Position numbers and translations under genes: made by a program
The notes under the pieces: generated by a model
Database searches by the model: none
Seen by the model: the letters and a program-made list of their open reading frames with translations, nothing else
Told to the model about the DNA's origin: nothing
NCBI RefSeq assembly: GCF_000709555.1
Contig: NZ_CP006873.1
Location: 120,001 to 152,000, forward strand
DNA length: 32,000 nucleotides
Reading direction: 5' to 3'
From: Candidatus Saccharimonadota bacterium
GTDB taxonomy: Bacteria; Bacteroidota; Bacteroidia; Flavobacteriales; Blattabacteriaceae
Shown here: in pieces, positions 1-10,376 of the stretch
How positions within the stretch are numbered: the stretch's first letter is position 1
Layout: each line of letters begins with the position of its first letter

Positions 1-2127
1 ATTTACTGTCCGTCCCTTATTGTCAGTGAGCCTACCATCATCTAGCACCTGCAATAGTATGTTGAAAACATCTATATGAGCTTTTTCTATCTCATCTAGC
101 AGAATAACAGAATAAGGACGGTGTCGTATTGCCTCAGTGAGTTGCCCTCCTTCTTCATAACCTATATATCCAGGAGGAGTACCGATAAGTCTACTTACAG
201 AATGTCGTTCTTGATATTCACTCATGTCAATACGAACCATATTGGTTTCATCATTAAAAAGATATTCGGCTAGTGCTTTGGCGAGCTCGGTCTTACCTAT
301 CCCGGTAGTACCTAAAAACAGAAAGGAACCGATGGGACGTTTTTCATCCTGAAGTCCTGCACGTGAACGACGTACAGCATTAGAAACGGATGCTATAGCA
401 GCATGTTGCCCAATTACCCTTTTATGTAATTCTTTTTCCATATTTAAAAGTTTTTCTTTTTCACTCTGCAACATCCTTGTAACGGGTATTCCTGTCCATA
501 GAGAAACTACTTCAGCTATTTCTTCACGGGTTACCTCTTCTTGAATTATTTTTTTCTCTGGACTTTTCTCCAGAAGTTCTTTTTCTAGATTTTTAACTCT
601 TTCTTCCTCTTCCTTAATTTTCCCGTATCTTAATTCCGCCACTTTTCCATAGTCTCCGTAACGTTCTGCTTGTTCTGCGGCTATTTTATATAATTCTATA
701 CTTTCCTTAGATTTCTGAATTCCTTCTACTAGTTCTTTTTCAGATTGCCATTGTGCGTTGAGTTCCTTACGTTCGTCATTAAGCTTATTTAATTCTTTCT
801 TCAGAAGAGCAACTTGTTTATCATCGTTTTCTCGTTTAATGGCCTCTATCTGGATCTCAAGATGCGTAATTTTCCTATCTAGAACATCAAGAGATTCAGG
901 TTTTGAATTAATCTCCATCCTAAGTTTAGCAGCGGATTCATCCATCAAATCTATGGCTTTGTCTGGAAGAAAACGATTACTTATATAACGTTGTGAAAGT
1001 TCAACTGCTGCGATGATTGCCTCATCTTTTATACGGACCTTATGATGAGACTCATATCTTTCTCGAATTCCACGAAGAATAGAAATAGCTGACTGAGTAT
1101 TCGGTTCATCTACATAAACATGCTGAAATCGACGTTCTAGTGCCTTATCTTTTTCAAAATATTTCTGATACTCATTTAAGGTCGTAGCTCCTATAGCACG
1201 TAAATCCCCACGAGCTAAGGCTGGTTTTAGAATATTAGCAGCATCCATAGCACCTTCCCCACCTCCACCAGCTCCAACAAGAGTATGAATTTCATCTATG
1301 AAAAGCACGATATGACCTGCAGATTGCGTTACCTCCCTAATCACAGATTTTAGACGTTCTTCAAATTCTCCTTTATATTTTGCTCCGGCAATTAATGCAC
1401 CCAGATCTAAGGATGATATTTGTTTATCTTTCAAATTATCTGGTATATCTCCATTAATAATCCGATGCACTAGCCCCTCGGCAATAGCCGTTTTTCCTAC
1501 TCCTGGTTCTCCAATAAGTATGGGGTTATTTTTTGTACGTCGTGAAAGGATTTGTAGCACACGACGAATTTCCTCGTCACGACCAATTACTGGATCTAGC
1601 TTTCCTTCACAAGCTAATTTATTAAGATTTTTAGAGTATTTTTCCAATGCGTTATAAGTTATATCCACTGTTTTAGAACTAATAGGACCGTTATTCTTAC
1701 GAATATCTGCTATAAGTTTTTCAATATCTATTTCCTTAACTCCTTGATTTTTAAATAGTTGTGAAACCGAATCATTTGCTTGAAAAATCGCCCATAAAAG
1801 ATGTTCGATAGAAACAAAACTATCTTTAGTTTTATCAGCAAGGATTTCAGCCTTATTAAGTGTTTGCAATATTTTTGGACTAAGATGTTGCGCAATATTT
1901 CCGGTTATTCTTGGCAACTTGTCAAGTAGTCGATAGATTTCTTGCTCTAGGGATTTCCGATTTACTTGAAGCTTTTTTAAAAAAAAGTGAGTCAAATTTT
2001 CATCTATTTCTAATATTCCCTTTAAAAGATGCACGTTCTCAATAGATTGTTGATTTAGTTCTTGGGCTATAGTTTGAGCCCTTTGCAAGGCTTCCTGTGA
2101 CTTTATTGTCAATTTATTAGGATTCAT
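1..2127 (-). CDS. clpB: ClpB AAA+ disaggregase; N-terminal 709 codons, C-terminal end lies beyond the window start
   Basis: The reverse-strand frame is open from position 1 to the ATG at 2127-2125 (2127 nt, exactly 709 codons). It is missing from the ORF track because it runs off the window. My translation starts [40 protein letters not shown]. It shows NBD1 Walker [11 protein letters not shown], Walker B LFIDEIHT, a long coiled-coil middle domain ([23 protein letters not shown]), NBD2 Walker [19 protein letters not shown] and Walker [12 protein letters not shown]. Confidence 0.95.
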   Translation of the reverse strand, partial: MNPNKLTIKSQEALQRAQTIAQELNQQSIENVHLLKGILEIDENLTHFFLKKLQVNRKSLEQEIYRLLDKLPRITGNIAQHLSPKILQTLNKAEILADKTKDSFVSIEHLLWAIFQANDSVSQLFKNQGVKEIDIEKLIADIRKNNGPISSKTVDITYNALEKYSKNLNKLACEGKLDPVIGRDEEIRRVLQILSRRTKNNPILIGEPGVGKTAIAEGLVHRIINGDIPDNLKDKQISSLDLGALIAGAKYKGEFEERLKSVIREVTQSAGHIVLFIDEIHTLVGAGGGGEGAMDAANILKPALARGDLRAIGATTLNEYQKYFEKDKALERRFQHVYVDEPNTQSAISILRGIRERYESHHKVRIKDEAIIAAVELSQRYISNRFLPDKAIDLMDESAAKLRMEINSKPESLDVLDRKITHLEIQIEAIKRENDDKQVALLKKELNKLNDERKELNAQWQSEKELVEGIQKSKESIELYKIAAEQAERYGDYGKVAELRYGKIKEEEERVKNLEKELLEKSPEKKIIQEEVTREEIAEVVSLWTGIPVTRMLQSEKEKLLNMEKELHKRVIGQHAAIASVSNAVRRSRAGLQDEKRPIGSFLFLGTTGIGKTELAKALAEYLFNDETNMVRIDMSEYQERHSVSRLIGTPPGYIGYEEGGQLTEAIRHRPYSVILLDEIEKAHIDVFNILLQVLDDGRLTDNKGRTVN

Positions 2128-2319
2128 AAGTAATTCCCAGTTTCTTTGATTTCAAAAGAGTTTGACGTATAAAATAATCTCTTAATAGACATCTTCTTGT
2201 AACAGAGAATAATAAAAACATGTTTTGGATGAGAGATGATAATTATCGTAATATCTTATGCCTTACTTGGATACTTTTTCTTAAGTATATTTAAAGTCTG
2301 AAAGATATTCTCTATCTGT

Positions 2320-3411
2320 ATGGTAATACAAGAACAAGTAAAAGAGATAGTTCAGAGAGTAAAAGATCTTTATTCGTCTCTCGAAATAGAGAAGAAACAA
2401 TTGGAAATAAGCAATGAAGAAGAAAAAACAACTTCTTCTTACTTTTGGAATGATCCTATACATGCGAAACAGGTTATGAAAAATATCCAATCTAACAAGA
2501 AATTAGTAAAAAAATACCTAAAAGCAAAATGTGCTGCAGAAGAATTACAAGTACTTTATGATTTTTTTAAAGAAGGAGAAGCTAATGTAAAAGAAATAGA
2601 AAAACAGGTAGAAAAAACAGAAAAAATTCTGTCGTATATAGAATATAAACATATCCTGTCTGAGGAAGAAGACCTGTTAAGTGCAGTCCTACAAATTTCT
2701 TCTGGAGCAGGAGGTACAGAGAGTTGCGATTGGTCTAACATGCTTATGAGGATGTATTTAATGTGGGGACAAAAAAACAACTACAAAATAACAAAAATTC
2801 ACCATGTTCCAGGAGATATAGTAGGGATTAAATCAGTCACGTTAGAATTTGAAGGGGAATATGCCTTTGGTTACCTCAAAGGAGAAAATGGCGTTCACCG
2901 GCTAGTCCGTATTTCTCCTTTTGACAGTAATGCTAAAAGACATACTTCTTTTGCCTCGGTCTATGTTTATCCTCTGATCTCGGATTCTATTGAAATAGAA
3001 GTCAAATCTTCCGATATTGTTTGGGAAACTTTCCGTTCTAGTGGAACAGGAGGACAGAATGTGAACAAAGTAGAAACAGGAGTTCGGTTACGATATCAAG
3101 GTCTTATAATAGAAAATACAGAATCTCGATCACAGCAAAGAAATAAAGAGAAAGCTTTACAGCTTCTAAAATCTAGGCTTTTTGAAATAGAAATGCAGAA
3201 GCGTCTCTATAAACGAGAAGCAATAGAGACAAAGAAAAAGAAAATTAAATGGGGATCCCAAATTAGGAATTATATTATGCATCCGTATAAACTGGTAAAG
3301 GATTTACGCACGGGTTACGAAACTTCAGATGTAGATTCGGTGATGAATGGGGAATTAAATGATTTACTAAAGAAAAGTTATATGGTCAAAAGTGCTATTC
3401 AGACTTCTTGA
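2320..3411 (+). CDS. prfB: Peptide chain release factor 2, uninterrupted (no programmed +1 frameshift)
   Basis: 363-aa ORF. It carries the RF2-specific SPF tripeptide (RISPFDSNAKRHTSFASV), the GGQ motif (SGTGGQNVNKVETGVRL) and the WGSQIRNY C-terminal signature. Confidence 0.95.
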   Translation: MVIQEQVKEIVQRVKDLYSSLEIEKKQLEISNEEEKTTSSYFWNDPIHAKQVMKNIQSNKKLVKKYLKAKCAAEELQVLYDFFKEGEANVKEIEKQVEKTEKILSYIEYKHILSEEEDLLSAVLQISSGAGGTESCDWSNMLMRMYLMWGQKNNYKITKIHHVPGDIVGIKSVTLEFEGEYAFGYLKGENGVHRLVRISPFDSNAKRHTSFASVYVYPLISDSIEIEVKSSDIVWETFRSSGTGGQNVNKVETGVRLRYQGLIIENTESRSQQRNKEKALQLLKSRLFEIEMQKRLYKREAIETKKKKIKWGSQIRNYIMHPYKLVKDLRTGYETSDVDSVMNGELNDLLKKSYMVKSAIQTS

Positions 3412-3558
3412 CCACTATTGTTAGCGTAGGGTGACCTTCTCTTACGTGGTTAATCATCGGTTTTAGACGTAATTAGGTGTAGACACTTTTTTTATGTGTA
3501 AAGATATCGCTAAGGCAGGACTAGCAATGGGGGGGGACATAATTATGGTGCTTACTCA

Positions 3559-6500
3559 TTAGTTGGGTGATATAATTTTTTCCTGGGAATCGTCAAACTC
3601 CGGGAAAGAAAAATTTGCTTGAAAAAGGAAAGAAATAGTTTCTCTATTAATCTCGTTCATAGTCTTATGAAAGAGATTGAAAGCTTCCACTTTATAAATT
3701 AGTAAGGGGTCTTTTTGTTCATATACGGCATTTTGTACAGAATCACGTAGTTCATCAATCTCTTTGAGATGTTCTTTCCACTTCTCATCTATAAGAGATA
3801 AAACCGTTGCGCGTTCACATTCACGGATCAAACTTTTTCCTTTACTTTCATAAGCTTTCTTAATATCTAAAACTGCATAAATATTCCTAACACCATCAGT
3901 AATAGGGACTTGTATTAGTTTATATTGTGAATGATAAATATTTTCAATAAGAGGAAAAAATATTGCTGCAATATGTTCTTGTCTCAATTGAAGACTATTG
4001 ATAGCATCATGATAGAGACTATTTACAATTTCTTTTCTCAAAGAAAAATCTTCATCCTTTATCAGTGACTCTGATGCAAAATGATGAACCCATTCAGATT
4101 GGAAATGCTCAAAATGATTTAATTCTTTGTTACTTGAAACAAGATTCTGTATAGTATAATATAGCATAGTTGCTATATCAATAGAAAGACGTTCTCCTAA
4201 TAAGGCATTTTTTCTTTTCCTATAGATTACTTCACGTTGTTTATTGATAACATCATCATATTCAAGTAAACGCTTTCGAATCCTAAAATTCTTTTCTTCT
4301 ATTTTTTTCTGTGCTTGCTCAATTGAACGAGTAATCAATGGGTGTTGTATAAGATCTCCTTCTTTATGACCCAATTTATCCATTACTTTAGCAATCCTAG
4401 ATGATCCAAATAAACGCATTAAATTATCTTCTAATGATATAAAAAATTGAGAACTTCCTGGATCTCCTTGTCGTCCAGAACGTCCACGTAACTGCTTATC
4501 TATTCTTCTAGAATCATGACATTCTGTCCCTAATATCGCTAATCCCCCAGCTGATTTGGCTTCAGGAGAAAGTTTAATATCAGTTCCTCTTCCTGCCATA
4601 TTTGTAGCTATAGTAATTACTCCTTTATTCCCAGCTTTTGCAATAATATTGGCTTCTTCTTTATGTAATTTAGCGTTCAAAACATTATGGGGTATTTTTT
4701 TAAGCTTAAGAGTACGACTTAATAATTCTGATACCTCTATTGAAGTAGTTCCTACAAGAATAGGACGTTTTTCGATTTTATAAATTTTTAATATTTCATT
4801 AATAATAGCATTATATTTTTCTCGTTTAGTTTTAAAAACAAGATTTTGATAATCTTTACGTTGGACTGGTTTATGTGGAGGTATAGTTACTACATCAAGT
4901 TTATAAATTTGCCAAAATTCTCCAGATTCAGTGGCTGCTGTCCCAGTCATTCCAGCTAATTTTTTATACATTCTAAAATAATTCTGCAAAGTAATAGTAG
5001 CAAAAGTTTGCGTCGCTGATTCGATTTTAACGTTTTCTTTTGCTTCAAGAGCTTGATGCAATACATCAGAATAACGACGACCTTCCATAATTCGTCCAGT
5101 TTGTTCATCAATAATTTTTACACTGCCATCTAAAACAATATAATCTATATTTTTGTCAAAAAAAGTATAAGCTTTAAGTAATTGATTAAACATATTCAGA
5201 CGTTTTGATTTAATAAAAAATTCTTTTAACAGTTCTTCTTTTTGTTTCTTTTCTTTTTTTTTAGGTAATTTTTTAGATTCAAGTTGAACAATATCAGTAA
5301 TAAGATCTCGTACAATAAAAAAATTTGTATCAGAAATCTCTTTTGAAAGAAAATTTATTCCTTTATCCGTAAGTTCGATTGTATTATTTTTTTCGTAAAT
5401 AATAAAATAAAGATTCTCAGAAATTTGATGCAGATCTTTATCCTGCATAAATTTATATTCAGTATTTTGAAGTAATAGACGAATGTTTTCTTCATTGATA
5501 AATTTGATTAAAGGCTTAGATTTAGGGAAGCCACGATATACTTGCAATAATTTAAATCCTCCATTTTTTGTATCTCCTAATTCAATAAGTTTTTTAGCTT
5601 CATTAAATGTTTTGTTCAGTTGAATTCGTTGTTGCTGAATAATGTTTTCAACTTTTGGTTTAAGTATATTAAATTCATTATAAGTTTCTGGAGAAATTGC
5701 TCCTGATATAACTAATGGAGTCCTCGCGTCATCTATTAAAACAGAATCTATTTCATCTATTATAGCATAGTTAAGTTCATGTTGAACAATTTCTTCTGTA
5801 GAACAAGCTATATTATCACGTAAATAATCAAATCCAAATTCATTGCTAGTACCGTAAGTAATATCAGCAGCATAAGCTTTTCTTCGCATATATGTATTAG
5901 GAAAATAATTATTTATGCAATCTACACTTAAACCATGAAATTCCATTATAGGAGCCATCCAAGCTGCATCTCTTTGAGCTAAATAATCACTAATTGTTAC
6001 TATATGTATTCCTCTTCCTGTAAGAGAATTCAGATAAATAGGCAAAGTAGCTACTAATGTTTTCCCTTCTCCTGTAGCCATTTCAGCAATTTTTCCTTGA
6101 TGAAGAATCACTCCTCCTATTAGTTGGGTCTCATAATGTACCATATCCCACACAATAGGTTTCCCATTAGCATCCCAAATATTTTTCCAAATAGCTCTAT
6201 TTTTTTGTAACCCTACATATTTTTTTTTATAGGATAAAATTTTATCAAAAGGAGTAATTTGAACCTGAATTTCTACATTTTCTTTAAACCTACGTGCTGT
6301 TTCTTTAATTACCGCAAAAGCTTCTGGTAAAATTTCTAAAAGTATTTTTTCTTCAAGATTATATAATATTTTTTTTTTGCTATCTATAATTTCATAAAGG
6401 TTTTCTTTAACATCAACATCTTTCTCTTTGTCAGCTTGTTTATGTAAAGAAATAATATTATTATAAATTTTTTTAGTCTTTTTTTTTAATATTTTTTTAA

Positions 6501-6654
6501 ATAAAATAGTTTGATACCGCAATTCATCATGAGAAAGTGAACTAATAGTTGGCTCAAACTTTTTGATTTTTTTTAAAAATTGTTTCGCGTTCTGAATATC
6601 TATTTCATTCTTATTTCCGAAGAAACTTTTTAGGATTTTTTCCCGAAAATTCAT
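3559..6654 (-). CDS. secA: Preprotein translocase ATPase SecA
   Basis: The ORF-track frame is 3559..6678. Motifs include MATGEGKTLVATLP (Walker A), DEIDSVLIDDARTPLVISG (DEAD-like), TGTAATE and NMAGRGTDIKL. The homologous N-terminus is MNFREKILKSFFGNKNE, so I place the start at the third in-frame ATG (6654) rather than 6678. Confidence 0.94.
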   Translation of the reverse strand: MNFREKILKSFFGNKNEIDIQNAKQFLKKIKKFEPTISSLSHDELRYQTILFKKILKKKTKKIYNNIISLHKQADKEKDVDVKENLYEIIDSKKKILYNLEEKILLEILPEAFAVIKETARRFKENVEIQVQITPFDKILSYKKKYVGLQKNRAIWKNIWDANGKPIVWDMVHYETQLIGGVILHQGKIAEMATGEGKTLVATLPIYLNSLTGRGIHIVTISDYLAQRDAAWMAPIMEFHGLSVDCINNYFPNTYMRRKAYAADITYGTSNEFGFDYLRDNIACSTEEIVQHELNYAIIDEIDSVLIDDARTPLVISGAISPETYNEFNILKPKVENIIQQQRIQLNKTFNEAKKLIELGDTKNGGFKLLQVYRGFPKSKPLIKFINEENIRLLLQNTEYKFMQDKDLHQISENLYFIIYEKNNTIELTDKGINFLSKEISDTNFFIVRDLITDIVQLESKKLPKKKEKKQKEELLKEFFIKSKRLNMFNQLLKAYTFFDKNIDYIVLDGSVKIIDEQTGRIMEGRRYSDVLHQALEAKENVKIESATQTFATITLQNYFRMYKKLAGMTGTAATESGEFWQIYKLDVVTIPPHKPVQRKDYQNLVFKTKREKYNAIINEILKIYKIEKRPILVGTTSIEVSELLSRTLKLKKIPHNVLNAKLHKEEANIIAKAGNKGVITIATNMAGRGTDIKLSPEAKSAGGLAILGTECHDSRRIDKQLRGRSGRQGDPGSSQFFISLEDNLMRLFGSSRIAKVMDKLGHKEGDLIQHPLITRSIEQAQKKIEEKNFRIRKRLLEYDDVINKQREVIYRKRKNALLGERLSIDIATMLYYTIQNLVSSNKELNHFEHFQSEWVHHFASESLIKDEDFSLRKEIVNSLYHDAINSLQLRQEHIAAIFFPLIENIYHSQYKLIQVPITDGVRNIYAVLDIKKAYESKGKSLIRECERATVLSLIDEKWKEHLKEIDELRDSVQNAVYEQKDPLLIYKVEAFNLFHKTMNEINRETISFLFQANFSFPEFDDSQEKIISPN

Positions 6655-6865
6655 CTTCATTGAAAAATAAATCCTCATTAGTAGGATAATCTATCCATAT
6701 TTCTTCTATAGATTCATAAGTATCACCGTCATCTTCAAGTTGTTGAAGATTCTCTATTACCGCCAAAGGAGCTCCACTACGCATGGCATAATCTATAAGT
6801 TCATCTTTATTCGCTGGCCAAGGAGCATCCTCAAGATATGAGGCTAATTCTAACGTCCAGTACAT
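6611..6865 (-). CDS. DUF2795-family small protein, conserved upstream of secA in Flavobacteriia
   Basis: The ORF-track frame is 6611..6955. The conserved family sequence begins MYWTLELASYLEDAPWPANKDELIDYAMRSGAPLAVIENLQQLEDDGDTYESIEEIW, which is Met31 of the ORF (ATG at 6865). The family recognition is from memory and not searched. The 3' end overlaps the secA start by 44 nt in another frame. Confidence 0.65.
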   Translation of the reverse strand: MYWTLELASYLEDAPWPANKDELIDYAMRSGAPLAVIENLQQLEDDGDTYESIEEIWIDYPTNEDLFFNEDEFSGKNPKKFLRK

Positions 6866-7025
6866 AAAGGACAGAAAATAATTTTCAGGTCCAAAAACTT
6901 GATCAGTTGGGAACATAATGACGGGGATTCCCACTTCCCTAATAAAAATAAGCATAGTAGAATTTTCCGCAAGTAGGAGAGGACTTATGTGTACTACATA
7001 ATGCTCTTTATTGGTTATTGGGCAG

Positions 7026-9311
7026 CTAGGTTATATTTATAAATTCTCTACGTGCTTTTTTCGCTGCTAAGACCATATTTTTAAGAGATTGTATAGTTTC
7101 TGGCCATTTCCGTGTTTTTAATCCGCAATCAGGATTAACCCAAATGTTTTTCGCGGGTAATAACCGAGTAGCCTGGTCTAACAAAGAACTTATTTCTTCT
7201 ACACTGGGTATCCTAGTCGAATGGACATCGTATACGCCTGGACCAATTTCATTGGGGTATTTGAACCGTGAAAAAGCCTCAAGTAGCTCCATATGAGAAC
7301 GAGAAGTTTCTATAGTAATGACATCAGCATCCATTTTGGCAATATATTCTAAGATCTCATTAAACTCGCTATAGCACATGTGGGTATGAATCTGCGTGGA
7401 ATCTGTTACTCCACTAGAGGCTATTTTAAAAACATGAATAGCCCATTCTAGATATTTATTCCAATTATTTTTTTTCAATGGCAGACCCTCTCTTAGAGCA
7501 GGTTCATCAATTTGTATGATCCCTATCCCTGCGTCTTCCAGAGCTAAGAGTTCATCACGAATAGACCAGGCTATTTGTCGTGCTGTTTCCGAACGAAGCT
7601 GATCATTACGAACAAACGACCATTGTAAAATGGTAATAGGACCAGTCAGCATCCCTTTTATAGGTTTTTTTGTTTGTTTTTGAGCAAAACTACTCCATCG
7701 AACAGTCATATCTTTCGTACGGCTTACATCTCCATAAATCACGGGCGGTTTTACACAACGACTCCCATAACTCTGTATCCAGGCATTTTTCGTAGAAAGG
7801 AAACCTTTAAGTTGCTCACCGAAATATTCTACCATATCATTACGTTCGAATTCTCCATGTACTAAAACATCTAGATCTATTTGTTCTTGTTTTTGTATGA
7901 CATCTTTGATAGATGTTTCTATTTCTTTTTCATAATCCTGAAGACTCAATTTCCCTTTTTTAAAATTCGCTCGAAATTTTCTGATTTCAGAAGTTTGTGG
8001 AAATGATCCTATAGTAGTAGTAGGGAATAATGGGAGTTGAAGACATTCACGTTGAATCGGCCTACGAGATTCAAATGTACTGTTTCTATGAAAATCTTGC
8101 TCTTTAGTAGAGGCCATACGTTTCTTTACTCCTGAATCATGAATAATTGTTGAATCAACAGAGCGTTTATGCGATTTACTATTTTCTTTTAGAAGAAGAG
8201 TATTTCCTTCAAAAATGCAACACAAATCAGTTATTTCATGAATCTTTTGACGGGCAAAAGCCATTCTATCTTTAATTTCTGGATGAATATCAGTTTCCAA
8301 ATTCAAATCAAAAGGAACGTGTATAAGAGAACAACTTGGTGCAATCATCAACCGTTCTTTTCCTAATACATTGGCAGCTTTCTTAATATGTTCTATGGAA
8401 ACAGAATATTTGTTTTTCCAAATGTTTCTTCCGTCAATAACTCCTAATGAAAGGAGTCGATCTTTTGGAAAAGAGTAAAGAATTCCGTCTAGTTGATTAG
8501 GACATCTGACAAGATCAATGTGTAGAGCAGATACTGGAAGTTTGAACGCTAGAGAACGATTTTCATATAATCCTTCGAAATATGTAGTTAAAAGAATTTT
8601 TATACCGGAATCTTCTTGAGTAAGATGTTCATAAGCTTTTAGGAAAGCATGTTTTTCTTTCTCACTTAGATCCATTACTAAAAATGGTTCATCTAATTGG
8701 AACCAATCAGCTCCTTGTTCTTTAAGACGTTTAAAGATTTCTATATATACAGGAATAAGCCGATCTAAAAGATCAATCCGATGAAAACCTTCTAGTTTTT
8801 CCTTTCCTAGCAAAAGAAAAGAAACTGGACCTATGAGTACTGGTTTAGGGACTTTCCCAAGTATTTCTTTAGCTTCATTAAATTCCTCAAAAATCTTGGT
8901 CCCATGTAAATTAAACGTTTGATTAGGTAAGAACTCAGGCACGATGTAATGATAATTTGTATCAAACCATTTAGTCATCTCCATCGCGGTAACATCAAAA
9001 CCGTTTTTTTGATAACCTCGTGCCATAGAGAAATAGAGATCAATAGGGGAAATTAAAGAAATTAAAGGAGAATACCTATCTGGTATAGCGCCCAGCAAAA
9101 AAGACATATCTAGAACATGATCATAAAAACTAAAATCATTACAAGGAATTCCATCTAACTCTGATTGTAGGATCCAATGTTGTTTACGAAGTTCTTTAGC
9201 AGACTTAAACAATTGTTCCTCTCTGATTTTTTCTTCCCAGTATTGTTCTATAGCTTTCTTTAGCTCACGATCCATTCCTATTCTAGGATAACCTAGATTG
9301 TGTTTTCGCAT
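7026..9311 (-). CDS. metE: Cobalamin-independent methionine synthase (5-methyltetrahydropteroyltriglutamate-homocysteine methyltransferase)
   Basis: 761-aa ORF with the typical two-domain MetE length. The N-terminus is LGYPRIGMDRELKKAIEQYW. The C-terminal domain has the Zn-ligand contexts IQIDEPALREGLPL, THMCYSEF and WVNPDCGLKTR. Confidence 0.95.
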   Translation of the reverse strand: MRKHNLGYPRIGMDRELKKAIEQYWEEKIREEQLFKSAKELRKQHWILQSELDGIPCNDFSFYDHVLDMSFLLGAIPDRYSPLISLISPIDLYFSMARGYQKNGFDVTAMEMTKWFDTNYHYIVPEFLPNQTFNLHGTKIFEEFNEAKEILGKVPKPVLIGPVSFLLLGKEKLEGFHRIDLLDRLIPVYIEIFKRLKEQGADWFQLDEPFLVMDLSEKEKHAFLKAYEHLTQEDSGIKILLTTYFEGLYENRSLAFKLPVSALHIDLVRCPNQLDGILYSFPKDRLLSLGVIDGRNIWKNKYSVSIEHIKKAANVLGKERLMIAPSCSLIHVPFDLNLETDIHPEIKDRMAFARQKIHEITDLCCIFEGNTLLLKENSKSHKRSVDSTIIHDSGVKKRMASTKEQDFHRNSTFESRRPIQRECLQLPLFPTTTIGSFPQTSEIRKFRANFKKGKLSLQDYEKEIETSIKDVIQKQEQIDLDVLVHGEFERNDMVEYFGEQLKGFLSTKNAWIQSYGSRCVKPPVIYGDVSRTKDMTVRWSSFAQKQTKKPIKGMLTGPITILQWSFVRNDQLRSETARQIAWSIRDELLALEDAGIGIIQIDEPALREGLPLKKNNWNKYLEWAIHVFKIASSGVTDSTQIHTHMCYSEFNEILEYIAKMDADVITIETSRSHMELLEAFSRFKYPNEIGPGVYDVHSTRIPSVEEISSLLDQATRLLPAKNIWVNPDCGLKTRKWPETIQSLKNMVLAAKKARREFINIT

Positions 9312-9363
9312 CTCCTATTTTTTCTACAGGGTAAATTTATATTAAAAAAAAATTCCAATTCGG

Positions 9364-10314
9364 ATGAAGAAGTATCCAAAAATAGTATTTATGGGTAGCT
9401 CAAGTTTTTCTGTTGTCTCTCTTGAAGAAATTTTGAGAAAAAAATATAATGTTATTGGGGTAGTTACTGCTCCAGATCATCCTTCTGGAAGAAAACAAAA
9501 ATCTAAATTTTCGGTAAAAGAATGTGCAATTCAGAATAATCTGGCGCTTTTGCAACCAACAAATTTGCAAAATACTGATTTCTTAGAAGTTTTCCTGTCT
9601 TGGAAAGCTGATCTAATTGTCGTAGTTTCCTTCCGTAAAATTCCAAAGTGTATTTGGGAAATACCTCCTTTAGGTAGTTTTAATCTTCATGCTTCTTTGC
9701 TTCCAAATTACCGTGGCGCAGCTCCTATACAGTGGTCTATTATGAATGGAGAAAAAGAAACTGGAGTCAGTACTTTACTATTAAATGATAAAATAGACAC
9801 AGGAGAATTGCTATTGCAGAGAAAAACTTTTATTGGGCCAAAAGAAACTGCCGGAGATCTTTATCAAAGATTGGCTAATATCGGTGCTAATGCAGTGATT
9901 GATACTATTCAAGGAATTATTGAAAATAAAATAAAACCTAAACCACAGGCTATAAACGGGACTATAAAAAAGGCTCCTAAGCTATTTCATAGAGATGGAA
10001 AAATTAATTGGAAAGATTCCATCGAAACTATTTATAACAAAATTCGTGGTCTTAGTCCTTTTCTTGGAGCTTGGACGCAGTTAATGGATAATTCAGGTAA
10101 AAAATGGAAGTTGAAAATCTATTATGCCAACTGTATACGTGAAAAACATGATCTAACAGTAGGAAATATTCTCATAGAGAATAAATATATGAAAGTCTCT
10201 ATAAAAGAGGGATATATTTCTATTGTAGAAGCACAAATAGAAGGAAAACGACGTATCCCTGTAAAAGATATCATAAACGGAATGCAAGGAAAAAATTATA
10301 CCATAATTACATAA
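9364..10314 (+). CDS. fmt: Methionyl-tRNA formyltransferase
   Basis: 316-aa ORF. Motifs include IVFMGSSSFSV, VVTAPDHPSGRKQK, the FNLHASLLPNYRGAAPIQWSIMNGEKETGVS formyltransferase core, and a C-terminal Fmt domain. Confidence 0.94.
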   Translation: MKKYPKIVFMGSSSFSVVSLEEILRKKYNVIGVVTAPDHPSGRKQKSKFSVKECAIQNNLALLQPTNLQNTDFLEVFLSWKADLIVVVSFRKIPKCIWEIPPLGSFNLHASLLPNYRGAAPIQWSIMNGEKETGVSTLLLNDKIDTGELLLQRKTFIGPKETAGDLYQRLANIGANAVIDTIQGIIENKIKPKPQAINGTIKKAPKLFHRDGKINWKDSIETIYNKIRGLSPFLGAWTQLMDNSGKKWKLKIYYANCIREKHDLTVGNILIENKYMKVSIKEGYISIVEAQIEGKRRIPVKDIINGMQGKNYTIIT

Positions 10315-10345
10315 TCTACTTATTAAAAAAAAATAAATGTATATT

Positions 10346-10375
10346 TAATATCCTTAACCGTAATATCCTTAACCG
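10346..10375. repeat. Perfect tandem duplication, 2 x 15 bp (TAATATCCTTAACCG)
   Basis: Read directly: 10346-10360 is identical to 10361-10375. The repeat ends 1 nt before the tRNA-Met 5' end. Confidence 0.97.
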
Positions 10376-10376
10376 T

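Noticed and set aside
758-988. 76-aa + strand ORF inside clpB. The same class covers 2281-2490(-), 2556-2780(-), 4556-4783(+), 7674-7865(+), 13055-13243(-), 14167-14400(+), 14444-14665(+), 14754-14951(-), 19006-19233(+), 21134-21349(-), 21366-21686(-), 21448-21699(+), 25805-25999(+), 28774-28971(+), 30727-30921(+).
   Set aside because: All lie antisense to, or out of frame within, strongly supported conserved genes. Their products are low-complexity (S/L/F/I/K-rich) with no recognisable motifs. They are shadow ORFs, as expected in AT-rich DNA.
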